A stretch of DNA of 64,000 bases from Escherichia coli. GTDB taxonomy: Bacteria > Pseudomonadota > Gammaproteobacteria > Enterobacterales > Enterobacteriaceae. The position numbers and the translations under genes are program-made. Positions 10,349-22,355 of the stretch are shown piece after piece (the stretch's first letter is position 1; each line of letters begins with the position of its first letter). Below the pieces are notes generated by a model. The model had not been told where the DNA came from. It did no database searches and saw only the letters and a list, made by a program, of their open reading frames with translations. Location: assembly GCF_016903815.1 (NCBI RefSeq), contig NZ_CP069973.1; one strand, 5' to 3'.

Positions 10349-11545
10349 TTATGCCGTGCGGGCAATCTCCGCTGCATCTATAGCAATCATTTTTTCTTCA
10401 TTGGTTGGGATGACCGCAATCTTCGTGGTGTCGGTTTTAGAAATCAGTCCGCTACGTCCGCCGAACAGCTGCTGGTTACGTTCTTTATCCAGTTCCAATC
10501 CCAGCGCCTGAAGGCGTTGCACGGTAAGTTCTCGAATTAACGCCGAGTTTTCGCCAATTCCACCGGTGAAAATCAGCGCATCGAAGCGTTTAAGCGAGGT
10601 CACGTGGCCGCCGATATGTCGTGCGAGACGATGTACTAACACGTCGATGGCTAACGCTGCCCGTTCGTGGCCCTCATCACGCGCCTGCTGAAGGGTGCGG
10701 CAATCGCTGGATAAGCCGGAAATCCCCATTAGGCCGGACTGGTTATTGAGCATTTTGTACAGCGTGTCGAATGTTTGACCTGTGCGTTTCGCCAGATATG
10801 CGACGACACCAAAATCAAGATCCCCGCAGCGCGTGCCCATTACCAGCCCTTCCAGCGGGGTCATACCCATTGAGGTGTCAATGCTCGTGCCGTTTTGCAC
10901 CGCACATAGCGATGAACCGTTGCCCAAGTGGGCAATCACGATGCCATGATCCGCCGGGTCGAGATCTAGTGATGCAAGCGCTTCTGCGGCAATATAGCGG
11001 TGAGATGTTCCGTGAAAGCCGTAACGTCGCACCATATAATCTTGCTGGAACTCCAGCGGGATCGCATAGGTGTAAGCAGCCGGAGACAAGGTCTGGTGGA
11101 ACGCAGTATCGAACACCGCAATATGCGGCAACGCGGGCAACAGAGCCCGAGCCGCTTCAATACCAATCAGGTTGGCAGGGTTATGCAAAGGGGCCAGCAC
11201 CGACAGCGCGCGGACTTTTTCGATCACATCATCGGTAACCAGTACTGATCTTTTGAAGTCGCTGCCGCCATGAGCCACGCGGTGCCCAACGGCGTTGATG
11301 GCTTCCAACAGTTGCTGTTCGTCGAGCTTCGCGAAGAGCACTTTGAGCGCATGCTGATGGCTGGCGTCATCCAGCGCGACAGTGGATTTATGGCCGTCTC
11401 GGTCTTTAAACGTTATGACAGCATGATCAATACCCAGTCGTTCCGCTAGGCCCGACAGCAACGGCTGATCTGCATCCTGAGGAATGACGGAGAATTTCAT
11501 TGATGAGGAACCACAATTAATCACTAATACACAAGCTAAAGACAT
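10349..11545 (-). CDS. Acetate/propionate kinase
   Basis: N-terminal VLVINCGSSSMKF motif; start taken at MSLACVLVIN to avoid overlap with upstream gene. Confidence 0.75.
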   Translation of the reverse strand: MSLACVLVINCGSSSMKFSVIPQDADQPLLSGLAERLGIDHAVITFKDRDGHKSTVALDDASHQHALKVLFAKLDEQQLLEAINAVGHRVAHGGSDFKRSVLVTDDVIEKVRALSVLAPLHNPANLIGIEAARALLPALPHIAVFDTAFHQTLSPAAYTYAIPLEFQQDYMVRRYGFHGTSHRYIAAEALASLDLDPADHGIVIAHLGNGSSLCAVQNGTSIDTSMGMTPLEGLVMGTRCGDLDFGVVAYLAKRTGQTFDTLYKMLNNQSGLMGISGLSSDCRTLQQARDEGHERAALAIDVLVHRLARHIGGHVTSLKRFDALIFTGGIGENSALIRELTVQRLQALGLELDKERNQQLFGGRSGLISKTDTTKIAVIPTNEEKMIAIDAAEIARTA

Positions 11546-11573
11546 GATGCCCCCTGAAATGGACTGCAAAAAA

Positions 11574-12071
11574 TTAACGGGTTGTTGTGAGGGGATAACG
11601 CAGAACGCTAAACTGCGCCATCGCCTGGCGGGCGATGAGCATATCTTCCTCAACACTGCCGCCGCTGATGCCGATGCCGCCTAGTAAGCGCCTGCCCGAC
11701 CAGCAGGGAAAACCACCGCCGAAGCAGCAGATATCTTTTTCTTTCTCAAGGCCGTACAAATCACCACCCGGCTGTACCAGCGTTGCCAGTTCGTGAGTTG
11801 GCATTTTGAGAGCTACCGCGGTCCAGGCCTTTTGTGGTGCCAAGGTATGGCTGACCAGCAGGGCGTTATCCATGCTGAAGAAAAAACGCTGCTGACCGCA
11901 GGCATCCACTAGGCTAAAAACGATCGATACATTGCTGGACTGTGCCATTTCCCGGGCCAACTTTGCCAGCAGTTCACTGTCCTCCAGGCTCAGCGACATC
12001 CGGAGTTCCGGTAACTGCGTGGCAATAGCCTCATTAATCCAGTTGTCGAGTGAAGCCTCATTCGCAGACAT
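11574..12071 (-). CDS. DUF336/GlcG-like (PduO C-terminal domain-like) protein
   Basis: 165 aa; GGIGISGG-type motif. Confidence 0.55.
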   Translation of the reverse strand: MSANEASLDNWINEAIATQLPELRMSLSLEDSELLAKLAREMAQSSNVSIVFSLVDACGQQRFFFSMDNALLVSHTLAPQKAWTAVALKMPTHELATLVQPGGDLYGLEKEKDICCFGGGFPCWSGRRLLGGIGISGGSVEEDMLIARQAMAQFSVLRYPLTTTR

Positions 12072-12098
12072 AAGTATTCCTCAGCGTACGCGCCGCTA

Positions 12099-12368
12099 TT
12101 AACCGTTAAGTTCGAGCGTGTCGACGATACCCACCACGGCAGCGTCAATCACCGAGTGATCTTTGTTGTTGCTCATACGCGCCGAACTGCCGGTGGTGAT
12201 GATCACAATCTCTCCATTGCCCGCGCCGACAGTATCAACTGCCACCTGGGCATGGACAGTCGGCTGATAGTTTTCATCGAGCCGCGCCACTATCAGCAGT
12301 TTTGAGCCATTCAGCGAGGCGTGTTTGGTGGTGGAAACCAATGCGCCAGTAACTTTAGCGAGGTACAT
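12099..12368 (-). CDS. BMC vertex protein, EutN/PduN/CcmL family
   Basis: 89 aa with typical BMC-P size and pattern. Confidence 0.7.
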   Translation of the reverse strand: MYLAKVTGALVSTTKHASLNGSKLLIVARLDENYQPTVHAQVAVDTVGAGNGEIVIITTGSSARMSNNKDHSVIDAAVVGIVDTLELNG

Positions 12369-12379
12369 ATTTCCTCCGG

Positions 12380-13105
12380 TTAACCATGGATAACAGTGAG
12401 ATTACGCCGCTGGATTTCATCTCTGGCAGCAGGGGTAATCAGCGTGTCGCTCTCAATGCGCAGCACTGTGCCAATGGTCAGTAGGCGGATATCGCTCTGG
12501 GTGATTAAACGTTTTTTACCGGCTACTGTCAGGGTGGATTGGCTTCCTTGCACCGACTTGACATGGGCTGCACGTTTACCGAAAAGCGTAATGCCATAGC
12601 TCTCTAGGACCTGAGCGTAACCTTCCAGACAAGACAGCAGTGGCATCGGTAATTCGCTATCGACGCATTGTTGATGCAGCGTGGCGATAATCTGTTTACG
12701 GTGCTGTAACGCCTGAAATACAGTTTCACAGGCCAGATTATCGCGAATGCCCAGCGCAATTTTGCTCATGCTGTTGACAGAGAGCGCAGGCAGATAGAGC
12801 ACCTCATAGTGAGGCGGCGATCTGTCAAATCCAGCACGAGAACCACGCTGAATTAGCGCATCCATGCAGACAGATTTCAGCGCCGACTGGCTGGCGCTGT
12901 GAGAAAAATTTACCCACAACTGATAGCCCGCCAGCTCAAGCGCCTCAAGGCAGTTCAGCGTTTCCGGCAGCGAGGAGATATCCTCACCAGTCACCACTAC
13001 GCAGACATTTTTCTGCGCGACGGATTGTGCCAACACTTCAGCGATGACCCGGTCCAGCAGTTGCGATAAGGTTTGATTGTCCATTGATTTACCCCTGGTC
13101 CGCAT
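12380..13105 (-). CDS. Hypothetical microcompartment-locus protein (possibly PduM-like)
   Basis: 241-aa ORF embedded in the operon; no motif I can place confidently. Confidence 0.35.
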   Translation of the reverse strand: MRTRGKSMDNQTLSQLLDRVIAEVLAQSVAQKNVCVVVTGEDISSLPETLNCLEALELAGYQLWVNFSHSASQSALKSVCMDALIQRGSRAGFDRSPPHYEVLYLPALSVNSMSKIALGIRDNLACETVFQALQHRKQIIATLHQQCVDSELPMPLLSCLEGYAQVLESYGITLFGKRAAHVKSVQGSQSTLTVAGKKRLITQSDIRLLTIGTVLRIESDTLITPAARDEIQRRNLTVIHG

Positions 13106-13847
13106 TCATGGCGATGCCTAATGGTGTGACCAATAGTGGCTCTGCCGAAGGAATCACATTTTTACCGGTTTGTTTACTGAACACGTTGGCAAACTGGCTG
13201 AAGCTGCTCGCGCCACCTACCAAATAAATATTTTTTACCTGCTGGGTAGCGAACCATCCCGACACCAAGCTGGCCATTTTCTGGGCCACCGGTAGCACCA
13301 GGGTAAAGACCTGCGCTTCCTGCCCGTTTTTTTTCATTTCTTCCGCCTCGGCATAAGGCAAGCCCAGCGCGCCAGCGATCACCAACTTCATATGGCTTCC
13401 ACCGGTGGGCTCATCGGCACTGAACGTCACTTTACCGCTTTTCAAAATGCTCATGCCGGTGGTGCCTCCTCCGACATCCACCACCGCCCCGTTTTTAATA
13501 TTCAGCGCGCTGGCAGCGGCTACCGGTTCATCTAGTACTTGGGTCACGATAAAACCCGCCAACTCCACTACGTTGACGATCACTTTTGTGTTGCCTTCAG
13601 AGATCCCCGGTGGGACTGCGATCGCCGCGCGCTCCAGCGTGCAGCCCTGTTTCTGTTCAAGAATTTGTTTGAGACGTGCTACTACCCGGCTGGCGGTCAG
13701 GTAATCCACCACCACGCCGTCTTTCACCACATTGGAGGGATACATTACCCCTGCCACCGGCTGGTTATCTTCATCCAGCACCACGATTGCGATATTGGCG
13801 GTACCGAGATCCCCCCCACCTTCAACGCGCCGGAGTAGGGCCGACAT
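13089..13847 (-). CDS. EutJ-like actin-fold ATPase/chaperone
   Basis: DLGT near N-terminus, VVDVGGGTTG, DEPTGGSH segments typical of EutJ. Confidence 0.7.
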   Translation of the reverse strand: MSALLRRVEGGGDLGTANIAIVVLDEDNQPVAGVMYPSNVVKDGVVVDYLTASRVVARLKQILEQKQGCTLERAAIAVPPGISEGNTKVIVNVVELAGFIVTQVLDEPVAAASALNIKNGAVVDVGGGTTGMSILKSGKVTFSADEPTGGSHMKLVIAGALGLPYAEAEEMKKNGQEAQVFTLVLPVAQKMASLVSGWFATQQVKNIYLVGGASSFSQFANVFSKQTGKNVIPSAEPLLVTPLGIAMNADQG

Positions 13848-13901
13848 TCGCCGCTGTCAATCAGCGCGGCCAATTCGTGAAATCGGCAGTTTTCGGGGCT
13901 G

Positions 13902-14588
13902 TTAGCCATGGCGCGCAGCCTGTTTTATGCCGCGAACGGTATCGCCATTACGCAGACCGACGCCGTTAGCTTCTTCCATATCAATATGCAGTTCCAGCAC
14001 TGCATCCGCCGTGACGCGTACCACTACATGGCTGAGCACACCACCGCGCGGACCGTTTGTTTGCACATCGATTTCCATTCCGTCATGCAGGCCGTGCAAT
14101 TCGGCTTCTTCGGGCGAGATATGGATATGGCGCCAGGCGACAATCATGCCGTTGTGTTTCACCACCCGCCCTTTCGGACCGATGATTTCAATGCCCGGCG
14201 AATCCAGCAGATCCCCCGACATGCGCACCGGAGCTTTAGTGCCCAGCGCAAAGCCGTCGGCCACAGAGATTTCCACCTGCGTGGCATTACGCAGTGGCCC
14301 TAACACGCGCACTTTGTTGAGCTCGCCTTTTGGCCCGCGCAGCGTCACCATCTCTTCGGCGGCATACTGACCGGGCTGTTTCAACGCTTTAGAACGGGTT
14401 AGCGTAGAGCCGTAGCCAAACAGAATGTCCATATCTTCACGGCACAGATGAACATGGCGGTTGGACACGCCCACCGGAATATTCAGCGCGACGGGCGCGG
14501 CAGCAGGCGCTGCCGTTTTTTTACTGGTGGCAAGTTCCTGCAAAATTTGTTGGGTAATCCACTCGGCTTGTTGTTCGGTGTAATTCAT
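13902..14588 (-). CDS. PduL-type phosphotransacylase
   Basis: 228 aa with two PduL-like repeats (HVHL...; HIHIS...). Confidence 0.7.
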   Translation of the reverse strand: MNYTEQQAEWITQQILQELATSKKTAAPAAAPVALNIPVGVSNRHVHLCREDMDILFGYGSTLTRSKALKQPGQYAAEEMVTLRGPKGELNKVRVLGPLRNATQVEISVADGFALGTKAPVRMSGDLLDSPGIEIIGPKGRVVKHNGMIVAWRHIHISPEEAELHGLHDGMEIDVQTNGPRGGVLSHVVVRVTADAVLELHIDMEEANGVGLRNGDTVRGIKQAARHG

Positions 14589-14727
14589 AATGGGTACGAC
14601 CTGATTATTGGGTTATCTTATGGGTAATGGGCGTCTAACGATCAGGATAGGGAGTAACGACGCCCGGTTTTTGTTTATCAGCAGGACTTTTTTGACTGCT
14701 TCACGGAGGCTGAACAAAGTTATCCAG

Positions 14728-15846
14728 CTAGCCGGTAATCAGGTCGATCAACCCTTCGACATCATGCGTCGTCACCTGCCGCGGGTTCGACGCGGTACAA
14801 CCGTCGGCCAGCGTCGAATTCACCAGTGCGCTGCGCAACTCGATGATTTTTGCACGGTCGATACCCAGTTCGCTGAGAGTGACGGGGATGCAGAAATGGC
14901 GATTGATCTGGCGGATCTCCTGAGTCATCAGCGCGATGGCCTGCTCCGGTACCGCATGGTCAATGCCTATGATTTGCGCGCAACGGTGATAGCGATCGCG
15001 GGTTTCAGTGCTGGCCCGTTTGCTGTTGAAGTCGATGACAATCGGCAGCAGCATGGCGTTAATTTTGCCATGAGGAATATGCAGCATCCCGCCGATGGCG
15101 TGTGCCATGCCGTGTACCAACCCCAGCCCGGCGGAGTTAAATGCCATGCCTGCCATACAGGAGGCATTGTGCATGTGGGTGCGCGCCGCAATGTCTTTTT
15201 CGTCGTTAAACACCTGCGGCAGATAGCGCCAGGTCAACGCGATGGCTTTTTCCGCCAGCGCATCGCTAAAGTCATTTGAGCCAGTAGAGACAAAGGCTTC
15301 AATGGCATGGGTCAGCACGTCCATGCCGGTATCTACCGCGACATGACGCGGCGCGGTTAACACTAGGTTAGGATCGAGAATGGCGATTTCCGGCACCAGT
15401 TGCCCGGAGATCAACGGATATTTGCGGCCATTTTGCGGATCAGAGATGATCGCGTAGGACGTCACTTCAGAGCCGGATCCGCTGGTTGTGGGAATAGCAA
15501 TGAGATCGATTTGATGATCTCCAAAATACTCTTCCAATGTGACTTTAATTCCTTTCGCAGCGTCCAGCGACGAGCCGCCGCCGAGGGCGATAATAACGTC
15601 GGGCTTAAAGGCTTTAAAACGCGCCGCGCCGGAAGTCAGAATATCAATATCTGGATCCGGAGTAACCTCGCCGAAAATGCATACCGATGCCTCAGGCATA
15701 TGGCTTATTAAATAACGAGTTTTACCTGATGACATCATAAAATCATCGGTGACAATACCGACTCGTTTATTATTAAATTGGCATAGAGAGGTTATTGCCT
15801 CTTCACCAAAATAAATTTTGGGGCACGAAAAATAATAGCGGGCCAT
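14728..15846 (-). CDS. Iron-containing alcohol dehydrogenase (PduQ/EutG-like)
   Basis: 372 aa; GGGSSLD and metal-binding His-rich segment; first gene of the minus-strand cluster. Confidence 0.8.
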   Translation of the reverse strand: MARYYFSCPKIYFGEEAITSLCQFNNKRVGIVTDDFMMSSGKTRYLISHMPEASVCIFGEVTPDPDIDILTSGAARFKAFKPDVIIALGGGSSLDAAKGIKVTLEEYFGDHQIDLIAIPTTSGSGSEVTSYAIISDPQNGRKYPLISGQLVPEIAILDPNLVLTAPRHVAVDTGMDVLTHAIEAFVSTGSNDFSDALAEKAIALTWRYLPQVFNDEKDIAARTHMHNASCMAGMAFNSAGLGLVHGMAHAIGGMLHIPHGKINAMLLPIVIDFNSKRASTETRDRYHRCAQIIGIDHAVPEQAIALMTQEIRQINRHFCIPVTLSELGIDRAKIIELRSALVNSTLADGCTASNPRQVTTHDVEGLIDLITG

Positions 15847-16064
15847 GTGTAACTACCTTAATCATGGTAAACGACCAAATTTGATGTCGTTAACCTAACA
15901 TGGCGATTTTTTTAATGGACTGAGGATGTTTGTGCAGGTGAAGGATTATTTTGCGGTATTGTTTTGCCTTGAGCAAAAAAGTCCTTTTCTAGGAAATACC
16001 TAAAATCTGATACAGTCAAACTCAATATTTATTGTCAGAGAATGAATAAAAGCGGGGTGTTTTT

Positions 16065-16703
16065 TTGCCGCTGCACTGCTTCAGGAATGTATTCACCCCT
16101 CATAAAGGCTTCAATGACTCTCCGCCATGGCAAACATGCCATAGGGGGAGATTTTCAGATAATGATAATAATGTTCGCCCACATCCGATTGTAAATGGAT
16201 CAGAAAAACGGCCGCGTATTGCCCTGCTGAATGTGGATTACGTCACCAGTTTTGAACTGCCTTTTCGCTTGCTGCTTACCCGGACACCACAACTGATTGC
16301 CGCGCTGCGTGAAGAATGGGGCATCAGCCAGAAAAATGTGGTGTTTAACGATAAACGGTTTGGTTGCGTGTACAGCCTGAAGGCCAGCCTTTCTGGTGTG
16401 CCGGATACATTCCGGTATCATCTGTCTCACCGTATTCGTCGCGTGGTTGGGAATGAAAACACATCATTGCCATATCAGCAGGTTGCCCGGGAAGTGAAAG
16501 CGCCCCGTGAACGGCTGAAGTATGCACTGGAGGCGGGTTTACTGGTGACTGCACTGGACGGCCTGTTCTGGTTTGGCAGTCAGCGTATTGCGGCTGATGT
16601 TCTGAGGCTGAGAAAGGCCGGAATGCCGGTGGTGACCACGACCGTGGAGGTGCACGATAACCTGACAGGAACAACCCGCAAAGTACCGGCATACCATCTC
16701 TGA
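16065..16703 (+). CDS. Hypothetical protein, start codon uncertain
   Basis: Long open frame with no internal ATG until near the end; likely a GTG/TTG start. Confidence 0.3.
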   Translation: MPLHCFRNVFTPHKGFNDSPPWQTCHRGRFSDNDNNVRPHPIVNGSEKRPRIALLNVDYVTSFELPFRLLLTRTPQLIAALREEWGISQKNVVFNDKRFGCVYSLKASLSGVPDTFRYHLSHRIRRVVGNENTSLPYQQVAREVKAPRERLKYALEAGLLVTALDGLFWFGSQRIAADVLRLRKAGMPVVTTTVEVHDNLTGTTRKVPAYHL

Positions 16704-16723
16704 TACAACCATCAAGGGGAATA

Positions 16724-17032
16724 TTGCTCTGGCAGCAGCAGTACGACATTCTTTATACTTTATCCCCGTGCCTGAAAATATGTGCTAAGGAAACGGGAAT
16801 GGCAAGGTCCGATTATGATATTATTAATCTGTCTCTGAAACATGAACTGAATGAGTGGCTGACAGAGAGAGGTTATGCCGGACTGGCGGATAACCGGAAC
16901 CGCTTGGCAGAGGTGGTTACCCGGAAATTGCAGGACAGCTTTTATATAAACGTTTCCTGGGATGCGCTGAACACGGCATACAGTGAACACCCTGAGTGGT
17001 TTTCAGGGCTTGTCTCCGGAGATGAGAATTAA
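16724..17032 (+). CDS. Hypothetical small protein (likely starts at MARSDYD)
   Basis: ORF track only. Confidence 0.3.
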   Translation: MLWQQQYDILYTLSPCLKICAKETGMARSDYDIINLSLKHELNEWLTERGYAGLADNRNRLAEVVTRKLQDSFYINVSWDALNTAYSEHPEWFSGLVSGDEN

Positions 17033-17084
17033 TAAGTGGATTATGCTGCCATCAGGCAGTGTGATTGCCGGCAGGGATTTCGTT

Positions 17085-17276
17085 TTATTCTGTTTCTTCC
17101 CGGGGGGCGGGTTTGAATTTTCCCAGAAAGTTGTACATCGGTCGCATGCAGGGATGCGGATAGCCGTCCCGCATAAACACCACCCGGGTTTCCTCAACAC
17201 TGGTCACGGTGACAAGCGCACCATGATCGTCTTTGTATCGCTGATTGACTTTCGGTAATGGAACATCTTCTGACAT
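17085..17276 (-). CDS. Hypothetical small protein
   Basis: 63-aa ORF; ORF track only. Confidence 0.25.
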   Translation of the reverse strand: MSEDVPLPKVNQRYKDDHGALVTVTSVEETRVVFMRDGYPHPCMRPMYNFLGKFKPAPREETE

Positions 17277-17899
17277 AAATTTTAGTACGGTAACAGTTAA
17301 CTAAATTTTCATGTGGTAGCACTGAATCAGGAGACTGCGTTTCCTGATGTGCGCTGTTAATTTTCTGTTTTTACGAAACATTTTCCCCTTCTTCCTGTAT
17401 ATTTTATTGCGCTCCTCCTTTCATGTCCTTCCCATATCCTGAAACTCACTTAAATGCTGTTGAATCGTCATGCATTGCAATTTTCAATGACTGAAATCAA
17501 AAATTGCTATTTTTTTAGCTAACCAACTGTATTAAAAGCATTCAGTGGAATAATTTTCTGCACTTTTCCATTAATTATGGTTATAAATTTTGCAATGTGC
17601 TGTTTTTGCGATATATGGCAGAATAAAGAACTGTTCATTTGTGTTATATCGATCGATAAATCTGTCACATTGCTGTAGTTCAGATCATTATTCTATAATG
17701 ATCAAAAATAAGTCAGCTAAAAATTGGCAGATTTATTGCTCAGCATTCTGGTACCGGTTGATGCGGGTAAATACCGGAAGGGCGGTAGCGTGCCATCGCA
17801 AAACATGGTGGGAGGTATCGTCAGGAGGCTGGTGATTGTTGGTATGACATGAATAAAAGGTTTTTCGTTTGACTGGAAAATTATGTTGCAGGAACGAGA

Positions 17900-18265
<366 letters not shown>

Positions 18266-18357
18266 GTTTTTTTATTTCTGAATAAAGCGACATCCACGAT
18301 ATAACGTCGTGGGTGTCGGTGATGATTCTTTTTTTGTTCGCAGATTAAGGTGCGTTT

Positions 18358-20145
<1,788 letters not shown>

Positions 20146-20538
20146 TACCGGACCATTTCTTTATTCCGGACTTTCCCCATACTGTTATTATCAGGTTTAT
20201 TTAATTCGCCATGAACCCGTTATTTAACGATATTCAGATGCGTCTTTTTCATCTGAACCACTCGCCGTACTCCTGGTACTGGAATGTAAGATTCATACCT
20301 CTGGAAGCCGTGTATATTGGCAACGATACCTGTCATATCACCATTACCTGTAATCAGTCCGGTTTTCACTGAGCGTTATATCAGAAACCTTAATGAGCTG
20401 TTACCGGTTCTGAAACGGCGGTGGGATGTGACACCGGCAATCATCTGCGCAGTGGAATACCTTTCCTGGGTAACGGTATCGCACTGACTCTCTCCCTATA
20501 ATTAACAATGGTTTAATACCTAAACACTGAATCTGCCG

Positions 20539-20979
20539 ATGACTTCTGAAGTGAAACTGAAAACCGGTGGTGACCCCCGGTCATTACCGGATTATGCTGC
20601 CCTGCGCGATGAAATCAGCAAACTGACCCACCCGGCACGCCCTGATGTGGACTGGCGTTACGTGGAAACGCTCTGCCTGCGTCTGTATGAACACAATGGC
20701 GTGGAATTACAGACGGCATCCTGGTACACCATTGCCCGGATGCATACAACAGGGTTAAGTGGTCTGAATGAAGGGCTGGCTCTGATTGCTGCGCTGACCC
20801 GGCATCACTGGTCAGTGATGTGGCCGCTGAATACACACTCCCGGCTGGAAATTATTACCGGTCTGTTCAACCGTCTGCAAAAAACGCTCCGGGCCATGCC
20901 TCCGGATAACCGTGACAACCTGCCCCTGCTGTATCAGACCGAAACATTCCTGAAGACACTGAGTGATCTCCTTCCATGA
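20539..20979 (+). CDS. ImpA_N-like domain protein (T6SS TssA/VasL N-terminal domain family)
   Basis: Pattern [13 protein letters not shown]...[15 protein letters not shown]...[13 protein letters not shown] resembles ImpA_N; stop lies 45 bp before IS2. Confidence 0.45.
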   Translation: MTSEVKLKTGGDPRSLPDYAALRDEISKLTHPARPDVDWRYVETLCLRLYEHNGVELQTASWYTIARMHTTGLSGLNEGLALIAALTRHHWSVMWPLNTHSRLEIITGLFNRLQKTLRAMPPDNRDNLPLLYQTETFLKTLSDLLP

Positions 20980-21114
20980 AAATACGCAGGCTTGGCACGA
21001 ACTTAAACAGAGCAGTAAAGTGGTAGACTGGCCCCCTGAATCTCCAGACAACCAATATCACTTAAATAAGTGATAGTCTTAATACTAGTTTTTAGACTAG
21101 TCATTGGAGAACAG

Positions 21115-21480
21115 ATGATTGATGTCTTAGGGCCGGAGAAACGCAGACGGCGTACCACACAGGAAAAGATCGCAATTGTTCAGCAGAGCTTTGAACCGGG
21201 GATGACGGTCTCCCTCGTTGCCCGGCAACATGGTGTAGCAGCCAGCCAGTTATTTCTCTGGCGTAAGCAATACCAGGAAGGAAGTCTTACTGCTGTCGCC
21301 GCCGGAGAACAGGTTGTTCCTGCCTCTGAACTTGCTGCTGCCATGAAGCAGATTAAAGAACTCCAGCGCCTGCTCGGCAAGAAAACGATGGAAAATGAAC
21401 TCCTCAAAGAAGCCGTTGAATATGGACGGGCAAAAAAGTGGATAGCGCACGCGCCCTTATTGCCCGGGGATGGGGAGTAA
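21115..21480 (+). CDS. insC: IS2 transposase OrfA (InsC)
   Basis: Starts [26 protein letters not shown]. Confidence 0.85.
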
Positions 21481-22343
21481 GCTTAGTCAGCCGTTGTCTC
21501 CGGGTGTCGCGTGCGCAGTTGCACGTCATTCTCAGACGAACCGATGACTGGATGGATGGCCGCCGCAGTCGTCACACTGATGATACGGATGTGCTTCTCC
21601 GTATACACCATGTTATCGGAGAGCTGCCCACGTATGGTTATCGTCGGGTATGGGCGCTGCTTCGCAGACAGGCAGAACTTGATGGTATGCCTGCGATCAA
21701 TGCCAAACGTGTTTACCGGATCATGCGCCAGAATGCGCTGTTGCTTGAGCGAAAACCTGCTGTACCGCCATCGAAACGGGCACATACAGGCAGAGTGGCC
21801 GTGAAAGAAAGCAATCAGCGATGGTGCTCTGACGGGTTCGAGTTCTGCTGTGATAACGGAGAGAGACTGCGTGTCACGTTCGCGCTGGACTGCTGTGATC
21901 GTGAGGCACTGCACTGGGCGGTCACTACCGGCGGCTTCAACAGTGAAACAGTACAGGACGTCATGCTGGGAGCGGTGGAACGCCGCTTCGGCAACGATCT
22001 TCCGTCGTCTCCAGTGGAGTGGCTGACGGATAATGGTTCATGCTACCGGGCTAATGAAACACGCCAGTTCGCCCGGATGTTGGGACTTGAACCGAAGAAC
22101 ACGGCGGTGCGGAGTCCGGAGAGTAACGGAATAGCAGAGAGCTTCGTGAAAACGATAAAGCGTGACTACATCAGTATCATGCCCAAACCAGACGGGTTAA
22201 CGGCAGCAAAGAACCTTGCAGAGGCGTTCGAGCATTATAACGAATGGCATCCGCATAGTGCGCTGGGTTATCGCTCGCCACGGGAATATCTGCGGCAGCG
22301 GGCTTGTAATGGGTTAAGTGATAACAGATGTCTGGAAATATAG
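21438..22343 (+). CDS. insD: IS2 transposase OrfB (InsD), DDE domain
   Basis: 301 aa overlapping OrfA in -1 frame. Confidence 0.85.
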
Positions 22344-22355
22344 GGGCAAATCCAA

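Larger units (their letters stand above)
21024..22354 (+). mobile_element. IS2 insertion sequence, complete (1331 bp), with 5-bp target duplication AGTGG
   Basis: Ends TAGACTGGCCCCCTGAATCTCC ... TAGGGGCAAATCCA; AGTGG at 21019-21023 and 22355-22359. Confidence 0.9.

Noticed and set aside
20210-20490. Two short ORFs (about 52 and 38 codons) in the spacer downstream of the NERD-helicase gene
   Set aside because: Too short and without motifs or clear ribosome-binding sites to call.
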